Below are positions 11,664 through 21,969 of a stretch of DNA of 64,000 nt, piece by piece. The stretch covers positions 1-64,000 of IMG/VR virus record IMGVR_UViG_3300032093_000041, one strand, 5' to 3'. The notes below the pieces were generated by a model. That model was not told where the DNA came from. It saw only the letters and a program-made list of their open reading frames with translations, and did no database searches. The DNA comes from a virus. The stretch's first letter is position 1; each line of letters starts with the position of its first letter. The position numbers were made by a program, and so were the translations under genes.

Positions 11664-14600
11664 TACATTCTCCTACGATTCTGACGCTGTAGAGCAATAA
11701 TCTTCTGTACAACTTCATCTGCTGTTTCTCTAGCGCTTCCAGACTCTACAACAGTTATGTTAAAGCTGTCCCCGCCATATGTTGGGCTTGCGCCTCCAGA
11801 TGCACCCATCGAAACTGGCGATGTGCGGTCACCCATCGGGCCAATCGGTGGAACAACATGTAGGTGTCTTTCTCCGCCGACACCATGGAACTCAGCGAAT
11901 CCACCAGCGTCATTGATGAACTTGGAATACTGACCAAGGTTGTCTCCGGTCAAGTCATATGCTCTGCCTGTTGCGTGGTCTGAACTGGGAGAACCTAGAC
12001 CCCATTCGCGCCACGAAGAGGTAATCATTCTCTTGCCTGGGAGCATTCCGTTAAACCGTGAATGCGCACCCATTGTTGCGCGCAATGCCTTACTGGTAGA
12101 TGTGTCACCAACTTTTATGTTTCTTTGTCTCCCGGTGTACCAACCTGGACCACTAGGTCCAGAAGCATTGTATACTGCGTTGGGATGGCCGGCTGGTGGA
12201 GTCATTCCTGCTGGGGCTCCTCCTCCCATGCCGCTAGGAGCCGAATTCCACCAGGGCGGAGCGTTCTGCCACCATTGAGGTTCTCCAGAAATGCTTGAAA
12301 GCCCATCCGTAAATGCTGCGAGCATCTGGTTGTATATTTCTTTTGCGCCCGCAGTCATCGCATCAAGGGTTTCTTGGGTTGTTTGTCCTGTTTTTAGTTT
12401 GGACATACTTTCTCCGCCTAGCACAGCGCCGTATCTGCCTTCTGTCTCAACCGTCTGGCCAGTGTACGAAGCTATTCTTCTTGCCGCACCAATTCGTGTT
12501 CCAACACCCTTAAATAGCGTTCCAGCTTTTATTTCTTTTTCGAGCTGGAACAGTTTTGTTTGGGCATTGGTGTCGCCAGATTCAGCTTTCGTAATTAGGC
12601 TACTGATACCAGTTTGAAGCATTTCAGTAGCAGCTGCAGCATCTTTAAATCCTATGTTTTTAGCGACTAACTGGCTTCCTATATTCGTAGCAAATTCTTT
12701 TGAAATACCAGAACGCTCTTCAGTCAACTGTTCTCCGACGAGACCCTTGAATTTTTCATCTTGTGCTGCCCCAGCTAGGGCCCCAGTAAATATGTTTCCA
12801 GTCTTGAAGTTTTCTGACCTTGCTAAAAATGCTCCAACTCCAGCTTCTCCGCCCGTTAACTGTTCGAGGTCTATGTATTTTTGGTAGTAATCAATGAATG
12901 CTTCGGTCGATGCGTCTCCGCCTAAAATTCTGCTTCTTGCAGAATTAAGGGCATCTTGCATTTCCTCACTTTCCAAGTACTTTGTCAAAACGTCTGTCGA
13001 CTCAATAGTGATGTCTCTTAAGGCTTGATTTATCTGCTTAGCGGTTTTCACCATGCCGGCTCCGAGTTTGCCAATCAAGTCCGTTAGCTTGATTGTTGGG
13101 TCAAACAAGTTGACGTTCATTTCGGCTGCTAGCTTCATGATTTCATCTGACGACATACCTGTAGCAAGTTGCAAGCCGCTCATTGCGTTGTCAAATTGGT
13201 CGAACATTGGCGTTACAGCCTGCTCTATGTCTGTCGCTTCTTTCTTTAGGCGACTAACTGCCTGCTTACCAGTTCCTCCGCTAGACATAAGTTTTGCGTC
13301 TTCTTTAGAGATAATTCCAGCTTTAACAAAGTTGTCCAAAGCTGTACTACGAGCACCTTTGTCCATTTTCTCAAAGTCTGTAACAAATTTTCTAAAATCT
13401 TTTACTGTCTGACGCCCGCCAGCCGCTGTACCGGTCTTTAAAGCGCCAGCAAGAGTGTTTACGGTTACGTCAACGAGTTTTGAATCCGCAATCGCAGTCG
13501 CTGCTTTCCTGGCCATTTTGTCTTTGTTTCGTTTGGCTGAGAAAAACCCAACGACTGCACCAACGCCGGCACCAACAGCTGCGCCTACTGGACCGCCAAG
13601 CATTCCACCAATTGCAGCGCCAGAAGCAGCACCAGCACCCATACCACCCTTATATGTTCGTGCATTTAGGGCCGTACCAGCTAAACCCACTCCAAGACCC
13701 AAAGCAGGAGAGAACGGCATCAACATAGCGCCGGTGCTCATCCATTTTTGAGCCGACTCGTCGCCAAACATTTTTTGACCCATGCCGCTTTCAAGGAACA
13801 TTCCGGTTCCTATGGAGGCCAGCATTCCTCCGCCCATCATGGAAGTTTTCATTTTTGCGGCATTCATGAAAGCTTTGCCTTTGCCCATTGGCTTACCCTT
13901 GTTAAAAGCGCGCTGAGCCATGTCTGGGTCCATCCCCTGGTTCATTGCTTCCTGCATGATGGCACCGGGTGTTGCGCCAGGACCTAAGTTTGAAGCTATT
14001 TGCCTAAGTTGAGCGTTAGCATTTTGCACTTGAAAAGCGTTAGTACGCATTGCAGCGCCAGTCAAAAATCCACCCAAACGTGTTTTTGGTGTCTTGCCAA
14101 TCATTTGCTGACCAGCAGGCGAGGGGCCGAACATAAAGTTCATTGCGTTTGTACCCATTGCCCTCATGCGAGTCATCGGCGCTCCACTAGCACCTCCTGG
14201 ACCTACTGCTCCAGATATCCCCGGCGGTGTCGGGGGACCATGTTGAACACCATATCCATATGCTGCTCCAGGGTTTATGCCGGGAAGGAAGGGTCCAATT
14301 CTTCCCATGACTTTTCCAGAAGCATTTTTTGCAGCGTCGAATAAGGCTCTAGCCTTAAATCTTGCCGAGTAGTTAGACCTCATTGTTTGGCCTAAACTCG
14401 TGCCTCCCATCGGTTGTCCAGGCGAAACGCCCGCTTGACCAAGGAATGGACCATGCATACGAGACATGACTTTATTTATTTGGTCTGGTCTTCTCGGGTC
14501 TTCAGGGTGAGGTGTTCCAAACCTTTGAAGGTGGGCATTAAAGTCGCCTATCCGTGCGGCTAGCGCTCTTCCTCTCTCAACACTTTCGGCGCGTGCGGCA

Positions 14601-16810
14601 GTTACTACTTTGGCATTACCGCCTCTACCGTACTCAATTCCCAGTCCGGCTCTAGCTCCACCGCGAGCCTGACCCACATCTGTACTTCTAGTTCCTGCCC
14701 CAACCCTGCCGTTGGTAACTACCAGATTTCCGTTTGCGTCTCTTTGAAGGGGACCGCTTGCCTCAAGCCCGCCATATGGGGTTACGTAACCCTTGGCTCC
14801 CGGGCTGACGGGGGAAAGCCTGCGCTGCGCAGGCATGGAGTTAGCAACAAACGTAGGTACAAGTTGACCATTTGGCCCTACTGGCAACATCTGGACTGTT
14901 CCACCAGCGGTGGAGACGCCGAATTGATTTCCTGCAGCTACACCAGCAGTAGAAACAAATGAACTACTACCATAACTCCTATCACCAGTACTTCTTCCAC
15001 CCCTACTGCCTCGGCCGCCGCCACCGCCACCTCCTCCGGGGAACTTTCCGTTTACAACGACTGTTCCGGCATTAACTGTTGCTTGAGCTGCGTTTACTCC
15101 CGCCATCCCAGCAGCACCACCCATGCCGCTATTGCCCATTGCACCGGCAAGCTTGTATGGAGATGCTGCTGAAAAGTTCGGACTGTTGGATATCGCGGTG
15201 CTCATACCAGCCGCCATTGCAGCAGCGTTACGGCGCTCATACCTTTCTGAGCGACGACCTTTAAGCGCATAGCGAGTCATTGCGGCAACGGCCATGGTTC
15301 CACCAATTGGGCCGAGTTGGGCCATGAGACCAATAACCCCCGCTATTTGCCTGAATAGAATAGCAATAGCATCAACAACCTGCGTAATGACTGGAAGGGC
15401 AGTCGTAAAAGCCCTTCTCACAGCGTTGCCGATGTCGAAGAAACCGTCAACGACATTCTTAAGGGCATCGCCAAATGCCAAAAAGTCTTCTTTGTTGTTT
15501 TTTGCTAAGTCAGCAAAAGCTTGGGCGTTTTGGCCAATTCTCCTAAATACTTGAACAAGTGGCTCGCCAAACATTTTGATTACAACAGAGCCTCCGTCGC
15601 GCATTGATTCCAACATGTCTCTAGCATCTTTAAAATCATTTACGAATGCTTCGAAAAAGTCACCAGTGCGTTTCCACCATCCAGCTGCTGCTGGAAGGAA
15701 TTCCCTAAATAGTTTTATGGCAAATTCTTCAGTTTTCTCCGAAAGTTTTTCCAAAGAACCAAGTAGTCCACCGCGACCAAAGTTGATTATGTCTCCGCGG
15801 ACCATTCTAAAAGAACGGGTAAGGCCTTGAAAAATACTATTAAAAGTCTTTTTTACTGGCTCAAGCAGATACCTACCCGCATCAGCAAGCTCAACAAACG
15901 CTCTGGTTAGATAGGACTTCAGCTGTGCAATAAGGGTTTGGTTTATCGTTTTGCCAAAACCTTCAACGCCAGCATCTTTAGCCAACTTCCCTGACTCTAA
16001 AGCTTTTAGGAGACTAGAAGCGCTTCCATATTTTTTAGCTGCTTTTTCAAATTCAGGACCTATTTGTTTTGCTAACTGAGTAGTCTCATCGCTAAAACCT
16101 TTGTTCTTTTTGAGTAGAGAAATATATTCAGCGGCAGCAGCCATGCTCTTATCTCTATTGAGTCCTGTTCCAAAGTCAGCCATCATCTGGAGCTGCTTAA
16201 CTGCCTGAGGGTCAAGTTTGGCGTTTTTACTAAAAGCTGCGTAGGCTTGGTTCAGTGTCGTCATGCCGTAGGACGCAAGGGTTGAATTCACTTGAAGCAT
16301 CCGCAGCGCATCAGCCGATTGAGATAATGCACTCCCAAGAGCTGCTGATTCTTTGTACCTAAAAGAATATGCCGCAGCGTTGAACTCTTGGAACGCTGCC
16401 GCTGCTGTTATTGCTGCAGCGCCCGCCGCCGCCACGGCCCCAGCAAGACCCTGCATGCCCCAGTTGTAGACTTTCATAGCGGCGTTGCCTATAGCAAATG
16501 CTGCGTTCACGCTGACTAAGGCTGCTGTTACAGCAAGAAACTCAATACCCAAACCAACAACTAGATACATTATTTTTCTAGCGTGTTTGATAAAAGTTAG
16601 GTTTGCTCCATTCAGGCGAGCCATAGTCCCAGTCATGGCTCCCATGCGAGCGTTGAGGTCACCCATTCTTGCGTTTAAACGCTGGGTGTCGTTAGCAAGG
16701 GTTCTTTGGGCACGGCCAAGAGCGGTGAGGCGAGCTGCTGTTGCCTCAATCTGCTCCGTGTTCTTCGTGTCGACGTCGAGAACAATATTTATACGACTGT
16801 CAGCAGCCAC
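11663..16810 (-). CDS. Tape measure protein with C-terminal M15-like zinc peptidase domain
   Basis: 1715 aa, Ala/Gly-rich with hydrophobic segments, after the tail chaperone; C-terminal ITSSWR...SDHATGRAYDL...HLHV. Confidence 0.85.
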   Translation of the reverse strand: MAADSRINIVLDVDTKNTEQIEATAARLTALGRAQRTLANDTQRLNARMGDLNARMGAMTGTMARLNGANLTFIKHARKIMYLVVGLGIEFLAVTAALVSVNAAFAIGNAAMKVYNWGMQGLAGAVAAAGAAAITAAAAFQEFNAAAYSFRYKESAALGSALSQSADALRMLQVNSTLASYGMTTLNQAYAAFSKNAKLDPQAVKQLQMMADFGTGLNRDKSMAAAAEYISLLKKNKGFSDETTQLAKQIGPEFEKAAKKYGSASSLLKALESGKLAKDAGVEGFGKTINQTLIAQLKSYLTRAFVELADAGRYLLEPVKKTFNSIFQGLTRSFRMVRGDIINFGRGGLLGSLEKLSEKTEEFAIKLFREFLPAAAGWWKRTGDFFEAFVNDFKDARDMLESMRDGGSVVIKMFGEPLVQVFRRIGQNAQAFADLAKNNKEDFLAFGDALKNVVDGFFDIGNAVRRAFTTALPVITQVVDAIAILFRQIAGVIGLMAQLGPIGGTMAVAAMTRYALKGRRSERYERRNAAAMAAGMSTAISNSPNFSAASPYKLAGAMGNSGMGGAAGMAGVNAAQATVNAGTVVVNGKFPGGGGGGGGRGSRGGRSTGDRSYGSSSFVSTAGVAAGNQFGVSTAGGTVQMLPVGPNGQLVPTFVANSMPAQRRLSPVSPGAKGYVTPYGGLEASGPLQRDANGNLVVTNGRVGAGTRSTDVGQARGGARAGLGIEYGRGGNAKVVTAARAESVERGRALAARIGDFNAHLQRFGTPHPEDPRRPDQINKVMSRMHGPFLGQAGVSPGQPMGGTSLGQTMRSNYSARFKARALFDAAKNASGKVMGRIGPFLPGINPGAAYGYGVQHGPPTPPGISGAVGPGGASGAPMTRMRAMGTNAMNFMFGPSPAGQQMIGKTPKTRLGGFLTGAAMRTNAFQVQNANAQLRQIASNLGPGATPGAIMQEAMNQGMDPDMAQRAFNKGKPMGKGKAFMNAAKMKTSMMGGGMLASIGTGMFLESGMGQKMFGDESAQKWMSTGAMLMPFSPALGLGVGLAGTALNARTYKGGMGAGAASGAAIGGMLGGPVGAAVGAGVGAVVGFFSAKRNKDKMARKAATAIADSKLVDVTVNTLAGALKTGTAAGGRQTVKDFRKFVTDFEKMDKGARSTALDNFVKAGIISKEDAKLMSSGGTGKQAVSRLKKEATDIEQAVTPMFDQFDNAMSGLQLATGMSSDEIMKLAAEMNVNLFDPTIKLTDLIGKLGAGMVKTAKQINQALRDITIESTDVLTKYLESEEMQDALNSARSRILGGDASTEAFIDYYQKYIDLEQLTGGEAGVGAFLARSENFKTGNIFTGALAGAAQDEKFKGLVGEQLTEERSGISKEFATNIGSQLVAKNIGFKDAAAATEMLQTGISSLITKAESGDTNAQTKLFQLEKEIKAGTLFKGVGTRIGAARRIASYTGQTVETEGRYGAVLGGESMSKLKTGQTTQETLDAMTAGAKEIYNQMLAAFTDGLSSISGEPQWWQNAPPWWNSAPSGMGGGAPAGMTPPAGHPNAVYNASGPSGPGWYTGRQRNIKVGDTSTSKALRATMGAHSRFNGMLPGKRMITSSWREWGLGSPSSDHATGRAYDLTGDNLGQYSKFINDAGGFAEFHGVGGERHLHVVPPIGPMGDRTSPVSMGASGGASPTYGGDSFNITVVESGSARETADEVVQKIIALQRQNRRRM

Positions 16811-16827
16811 TTATACCCCAAATATGC

Positions 16828-17025
16828 TCAATATCCTTGAGCTTTACGCTCGGCAGCGGCGCGGTCCGCCTCAATAACTTTAGCACATGAGACGCGTATT
16901 ATCCATTCCTGTTCGCTGCAATTGAGCAACTGTATTGGGTCTGTGCCGAACAGTTCCCCTAGACGAGCGGCCGTCGCTATTCGGCCGTCCTCCGTCAATT
17001 CATCTAGGAGTGTTTCGTAGGGTTT
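16828..17025 (-). CDS. Frameshift extension of the tail chaperone (gpGT-like), not in the ORF track
   Basis: The -1 frame after A AAC CCT reads PYETLLDELTEDGRIATAARLGELFGTDPIQLLNCSEQEWIIRVSCAKVIEADRAAAERKAQGY*, stopping just before the tape measure start. Confidence 0.6.
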   Translation of the reverse strand, partial: KPYETLLDELTEDGRIATAARLGELFGTDPIQLLNCSEQEWIIRVSCAKVIEADRAAAERKAQGY

Positions 17026-17516
17026 TCGGTTTGTTCTACCGTGTCGCCGTATCCTGCGGCATCAATAATTGCCAAGGCGGCAGCTTCAACGTGCGGGTCA
17101 AGACCAAAAAACGCCATCACTGCGTCAGGGAGTGCTCGTGCAGCGCCTGTCATCTTGAGGATTGAAGGAGAGGCAAATCCGAGCGACTTTCCATCCTCAA
17201 ACACTTCTTCACCATTGAGGTAAATGCCGCGAGTCGTGTGGCCAATAACTTGACAAGCAAACTTTGTGGCGTCAATACCGTTTTTGGTTTCCGAGCCGGA
17301 GTTTTTTTGCCATGCTTTTAGCTGCTGCTGCGTGATGTTTGGGCTAATCACAAGTTGAACGCCCGGGCGTTCTGGGACATTAATAAATATCTCAGGGCGC
17401 ATGACTTTCTTGCTCACGACAGCCTTGAGTTGCTCAAGAACATTGTCTGTGTCTACTTCATCAGCGAACGAAGGGGCGCTAATGTTTTCATCGAGTGGTT
17501 CGTATAGATTGCTCAT
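17004..17516 (-). CDS. Tail assembly chaperone (gpG-like)
   Basis: Between tail tube and tape measure; ends ...ENPTKHS* just after a slippery heptamer. Confidence 0.7.
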   Translation of the reverse strand: MSNLYEPLDENISAPSFADEVDTDNVLEQLKAVVSKKVMRPEIFINVPERPGVQLVISPNITQQQLKAWQKNSGSETKNGIDATKFACQVIGHTTRGIYLNGEEVFEDGKSLGFASPSILKMTGAARALPDAVMAFFGLDPHVEAAALAIIDAAGYGDTVEQTENPTKHS

Positions 17517-17524
17517 GCACGTCA

Positions 17525-17552
17525 CACTAGCACCATATCTGTGGCGCTAGTG
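17525..17552 (-). terminator. Inverted repeat between tail tube and chaperone genes (possible terminator or processing hairpin)
   Basis: Minus strand CACTAGCGCCA-cagata-TGGTGCTAGTG, 11-bp stem with one G-U pair, no U-tract. Confidence 0.35.
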
Positions 17553-17563
17553 GATGTTAATAG

Positions 17564-18010
17564 TTATTGTGTCGGAGCGCCCGAGATAGCGAATGTAAGA
17601 GCGAATGTTGCTGGCGCACCAGATGATGCGTCACCCTCTGGTTCGGAAAGTCCGACAAGGAGCGCCTTGGCGTAAATGCGCTCTGACTGAGAGTTTTTGA
17701 GGTCACAGTCGGTGTCGTAAATCTTGATTTCGTAGTATGCGCGGCCAACTTTGGTACGCGCATCCTTCAATACGGTTCTGAGGCTAGAATCGTAGTGCTT
17801 TGTCAGTGTGATGTCACCCACCTCGGATGGTGCGCAGAGCGTCTCCGGGAAAGGATTTCCGCCTGTGTATATTTTTTCCACTGACGCTGTAATCTCGCCA
17901 CCAGAAACTTGTGCAAAATATCCACTCAGGGTAGGCCCTGTAACATCACCACCAGTGAGTGGTGTGATTTCTGCAATAATTTGCCTCTGAGCCAACTTTG
18001 AAGTTGTCAT
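17564..18010 (-). CDS. Tail tube protein (T4 gp19-like)
   Basis: 148 aa, FAQVSGGEI...GDITLTK...FALTF; follows sheath. Confidence 0.8.
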   Translation of the reverse strand: MTTSKLAQRQIIAEITPLTGGDVTGPTLSGYFAQVSGGEITASVEKIYTGGNPFPETLCAPSEVGDITLTKHYDSSLRTVLKDARTKVGRAYYEIKIYDTDCDLKNSQSERIYAKALLVGLSEPEGDASSGAPATFALTFAISGAPTQ

Positions 18011-18024
18011 TTGCTATTCCTCCG

Positions 18025-19482
18025 TTATACCAATGTTGAAGTTAAATTGGACTTTGTTATTTCGACTTCTATGCGGTCACCCACAGAACTGACGCGAGCG
18101 CCAACTTTTGCCTTGATAACTCCTGTAGCCAACTGTGTAAGCGGGTTAATCGCATCGTTGACCTGGACTGTGTAACCAGGGTCAATCTGCTTGCCGTTGG
18201 CGTCAAATGCTTCATAAAAGCCACCGCCAATACGAATTCTTTCCATAATTCCAGTAAGCGTTGCTGCGACTCTGGAGAAAGTGGAACGACGTCCGTCGAT
18301 TGGCAAAAACAGTAGAGCCTCTAGAGCGATTTCTGCTTCGTAGACCACCTGGTTAAGAACCTCACGAGCGATAATGAATCTGAAGTTGTCTGTGTCGTTC
18401 GAAGCCGAACGAGCACCGTAGATTCGTGTCGTACCGTTGATTACCTTGATTGCGTTAACAAACCCTGCGTCGAGAGCTTCTGCTTCCGAGTTTGACAACA
18501 CGATATGAGGGGAAGTAACGAAGTTTGACTGTGTGCGCTCGCCAGCATATGGGTTCCATGAACCATAAGTGTTATGCACCAATGCTCTCTTCGCCGCAAC
18601 ATATCCCTCGCAAGGGATTGTCTTGGTGAGAGTGCCGCTTGGTATCTTCACCCATGGGTAGAAGAATGCTGCAAACTCTGCGTTTTCGATGTCGGAATAG
18701 TCTTCGAGTGCGCCAATCGCGTCATTGACTGAGTCGTCCTTGTCAAATCCGAGAAGGGCGATTCTCCTGTTTCCGGCAGCATGAGCTATCAATGCTTCGC
18801 GAACTGTTTGCGAAGTGTACCCAGGAGCACAAACGGAACCAGGTCCTAGATTCTCAGTGAAGAGGTCAACTGCATCGACAACGTCAGCAGCAGCAATTGA
18901 ACCACCAGCTGTTCCGCCAGTAAAGTCGGTGTCTGGGATTACGGCAGGAATTCCTGTCTCGCCCTCGTCTGTGGCTGTTACGTACAGTGCAGCAATAGCA
19001 CTGTTGTTAATTTCGTTTACAGCAGCAGCAACGGTTGTGTGAATTTGGGTTCTATACGCAAGTGCCCCATTGAGATAAACAGACACTCGGAAGTTTGTGC
19101 CAGCTGAAGGCTGGGAAACTGCGGCACTAAGAACACCACTGTGTGCCCAAGTACCCTTGCCTGCAGCGGTCAGCGTCATGACAACGTCGTCATCTGCGTT
19201 TTGCAACTCAAGCGTTGCCTCTGTAGCTGTTGAAGAAACCACGCGCGACACATAAGCACGAGCGCCACCCTCTTCAAAGAAGGTTTCGATTGTCTCGTAC
19301 GTCCACCCTGCCGCAACGGAGTTACCAAAAACGTCCTGATAATCGGAAAGGCTGGTAATCAGATGCACCGTGCCATCTGGTCCGCGCTCGGTCAAACCGG
19401 CGACAAACAAGGTCGCAGTCGCTGCGGTCTGTGCAGTTGTTGGTCCTGTTCTGACCGCCGTTGTTACAATTACACCTGGCAT
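18025..19482 (-). CDS. Tail sheath protein
   Basis: MPGV.V, GLTERGP, FFEEGG.RAYVSRV, FFYPWV, IYGARS motifs. Confidence 0.92.
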   Translation of the reverse strand: MPGVIVTTAVRTGPTTAQTAATATLFVAGLTERGPDGTVHLITSLSDYQDVFGNSVAAGWTYETIETFFEEGGARAYVSRVVSSTATEATLELQNADDDVVMTLTAAGKGTWAHSGVLSAAVSQPSAGTNFRVSVYLNGALAYRTQIHTTVAAAVNEINNSAIAALYVTATDEGETGIPAVIPDTDFTGGTAGGSIAAADVVDAVDLFTENLGPGSVCAPGYTSQTVREALIAHAAGNRRIALLGFDKDDSVNDAIGALEDYSDIENAEFAAFFYPWVKIPSGTLTKTIPCEGYVAAKRALVHNTYGSWNPYAGERTQSNFVTSPHIVLSNSEAEALDAGFVNAIKVINGTTRIYGARSASNDTDNFRFIIAREVLNQVVYEAEIALEALLFLPIDGRRSTFSRVAATLTGIMERIRIGGGFYEAFDANGKQIDPGYTVQVNDAINPLTQLATGVIKAKVGARVSSVGDRIEVEITKSNLTSTLV

Positions 19483-19536
19483 TTGTTCCTCCGTACCATA
19501 TAATTTTATGGGCTATTTATTCCGAGACTACTCAGA

Positions 19537-20022
19537 TTATACTGACTGATTATCTGTTTCTGGCGAACCTTCTTCAGAAGATTCACCAATTTTCTCATCC
19601 TGCTCAGCAGAATCTGTATGCATTAATTGTTCCACGTTTTCTGGCTCTGCAGCGTCAGCAACAACTTCACCAGTAATGACGGCCGCTAAGTCAGCCACAG
19701 CACCTTCTAGTTCCTGGGGGGATGAAGTTGACTGGCCTTTTTTGGCTCGCTTTTTTTTTGAAATTTCTTTGGCTTCTAGCGGTTCTGCAGATGTAGATAC
19801 CGTAAATGGCCTAACTTTCAACATTTTTCTATCTATTAGTTGTAGTGTTTTGGTGTTTCGTTCGTGCACTACAAATGTTGACAACGGGGTAACAAACAAA
19901 TCATCGGCAACCTCAAGTGTTCTGCCGGAAACATTTTGCACCTGGATACAGCCGGAAAACTCAACAGGCAGTTCTTTTACCGGCTTGTCAAGATGATGAA
20001 AAAAATCTATATTCTGTGTCAT
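19537..20022 (-). CDS. Hypothetical protein with acidic C-terminus
   Basis: 161-aa ORF in operon. Confidence 0.6.
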   Translation of the reverse strand: MTQNIDFFHHLDKPVKELPVEFSGCIQVQNVSGRTLEVADDLFVTPLSTFVVHERNTKTLQLIDRKMLKVRPFTVSTSAEPLEAKEISKKKRAKKGQSTSSPQELEGAVADLAAVITGEVVADAAEPENVEQLMHTDSAEQDEKIGESSEEGSPETDNQSV

Positions 20023-20025
20023 GTT

Positions 20026-20646
20026 TTACTCCTGAAAAAGACTTTCGAGGTTAATGTTGGAAGTGTCGCCGGTGCCCTTAACACTAAGGTCATACTCGGT
20101 AACAGTCCCAACGTCTTCTCTCGTTATGACCTCATCCAATAATAGGTCATAACTGACAAAAGCTCCGGCAAGAATGCGGTCGCCCTTAAGCATCGTAAGG
20201 TCCGAATATTCTTCTGACATTGTAGTTTCCTCAACCCTGGCCGAGCGAGACGTATCGAGCCTTGTAAGGCATGGGTAATCAAGCAAGGCCGACCTAACTA
20301 CCGTTGTGAGCCTGTCTCGCATTAGCGTCGATTCATATGGGCCCTCAGTCCTCACCCAAACGTATGTTCTCATCCCATAAGCAACGCGGTAAAGAGGGTC
20401 TAGCGTTGTGCCGTCATACTCCAGCCTGGTAAAAGATTTGGCGTTGATTACAACGGTAATTATTGATGGCCATGCATCGAGAGCTATTGGCTCATACGTC
20501 AGATATTCAGCCGGGGTAGGAAGCGTAAGGTCGTCAACGGACCATCCATTACGATACTTCACCAACCTTGTTGGAATATCGTTTTTAAGATACTCAGTAA
20601 CGTAATATTTGGCCGAATGAGGCCCCTGCATTAACTCTTTTGGCAT
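20026..20646 (-). CDS. Tail terminator / completion protein (putative)
   Basis: Position before sheath; ATG 20646 overlaps the upstream stop (TAATG). Confidence 0.5.
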   Translation of the reverse strand: MPKELMQGPHSAKYYVTEYLKNDIPTRLVKYRNGWSVDDLTLPTPAEYLTYEPIALDAWPSIITVVINAKSFTRLEYDGTTLDPLYRVAYGMRTYVWVRTEGPYESTLMRDRLTTVVRSALLDYPCLTRLDTSRSARVEETTMSEEYSDLTMLKGDRILAGAFVSYDLLLDEVITREDVGTVTEYDLSVKGTGDTSNINLESLFQE

Positions 20647-21107
20647 TAGGTCACCTGTCCATCCACAACCCAATCGGCAGCATCATTTGCATATTTTTCT
20701 GCAAAACCAGCAGGTTCAAAAATGATTTTGCGCTTTGGCATTTTCGTTGTTCCGTACTGGTGAAATTTAGCGTATTCAACTTTTGTACCGAGTGTCATTG
20801 ACTTGGGTGTTACCGAAAAAGTTGCATCTGGCCCAATTCCAGAAAGACTTGCAAGAAGTTTGCCGGTTCTAACCATCGGAGGAGCGCCGGGGAATCTTGA
20901 AGATTTCCAGGCTCCATATTCCGGGTCCAGAGGCGACCAGCCACCAGATGGGAGGCCACCGAGCGCAAAGTTCGCCGTATTCATGGCACTTATCTCTGCT
21001 TTGGCCTTGGTAAAAAGCGGGAGAAAATTTTGGCTTCTTACAAAAGCGGCAGTCAAGCTGGCTTGAGCTTTTTCTACGCCCTCTATACGCACATCAACAG
21101 ACGCCAT
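20646..21107 (-). CDS. Neck / virion morphogenesis protein (Mu gpG-like)
   Basis: W.PL...Y..WK, RTGKLLASL, GT.VEYAKFHQYGT.KMPKR. Confidence 0.8.
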   Translation of the reverse strand: MASVDVRIEGVEKAQASLTAAFVRSQNFLPLFTKAKAEISAMNTANFALGGLPSGGWSPLDPEYGAWKSSRFPGAPPMVRTGKLLASLSGIGPDATFSVTPKSMTLGTKVEYAKFHQYGTTKMPKRKIIFEPAGFAEKYANDAADWVVDGQVT

Positions 21108-21967
21108 TAAATTCTCCGGCGTCTATATCGTCTTAGGGCTAGAAGTTCTTTTTCGGTAAACCCTGTCTCGAGTGGGGCAACATTTCTAGGGTTAAGGTCC
21201 TTAACGCCAACAACGTCATCATGCATGTTTTGCATTTCGCGTGTTGCTGCACGAAGAATAAACAACTTAAACATAGAAATGTTTTCTCCATCCAACCCGC
21301 CAGAGTACGTAACCTCTACCAAGTCGTTAGGGAAACCCCTGTACATCTCCAGGCCGTATCTGTGGACCGTATAGTCATTCCCGGTGGCCACAGCGGTTCC
21401 ACCCGTAACAAACGCTCCAGGATTTGTGCTAAAACCACCTACGGTAAAAGTAGTGTTCGTGACTGCTGTTATTTGCCTTCCTGGGACATTAAGAGCACTG
21501 GGGGCCATGCCGTTTATTGCGACGAATTGGCCGACAGTGAACTTATGTGCGGATGTAGAACTATACGTAACGGACGAACCAGAGAAAGTTGCGTTACTTA
21601 CAGATACCTGTCTGCGCATTGCTTCGCCGAGAAGAACTCCGGATTCCGAAAGGTTCTTTATCATTACCTTGGACACAGACACAACGGGAGTATTGCGTAA
21701 GCTAATCATTACGGACGGCTGTATGTAGTTAATTGTTGTTCCCGTGGTGTCAAGGCTATGGTCATAAAAAAATGATGTAGCGGGTACACCCTGAAAGTGA
21801 GGGGGAATTACGTGAGTTTCAACAAACTCGTCAACTTCTATGGGGCGACGTAAAAAGCCTTCAAGTTCACTTTGAAGACCGGACAGAACCATGTCAGCAG
21901 CATCTTGCTGTCTAAGACTAAAGCTGATGTCCATATAGGTCGTCAGCTCGCTAACGGATACCAGCAC
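21107..21967 (-). CDS. Head-tail adaptor with an inserted beta-rich domain
   Basis: LVSVSEL..Y, E.FLRR, VEVTYSGG; insert HKFTVGQFV.ING...ITAVTNTTFTV. Confidence 0.65.
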   Translation of the reverse strand: MLVSVSELTTYMDISFSLRQQDAADMVLSGLQSELEGFLRRPIEVDEFVETHVIPPHFQGVPATSFFYDHSLDTTGTTINYIQPSVMISLRNTPVVSVSKVMIKNLSESGVLLGEAMRRQVSVSNATFSGSSVTYSSTSAHKFTVGQFVAINGMAPSALNVPGRQITAVTNTTFTVGGFSTNPGAFVTGGTAVATGNDYTVHRYGLEMYRGFPNDLVEVTYSGGLDGENISMFKLFILRAATREMQNMHDDVVGVKDLNPRNVAPLETGFTEKELLALRRYRRRRI

Positions 21968-21969
21968 GG

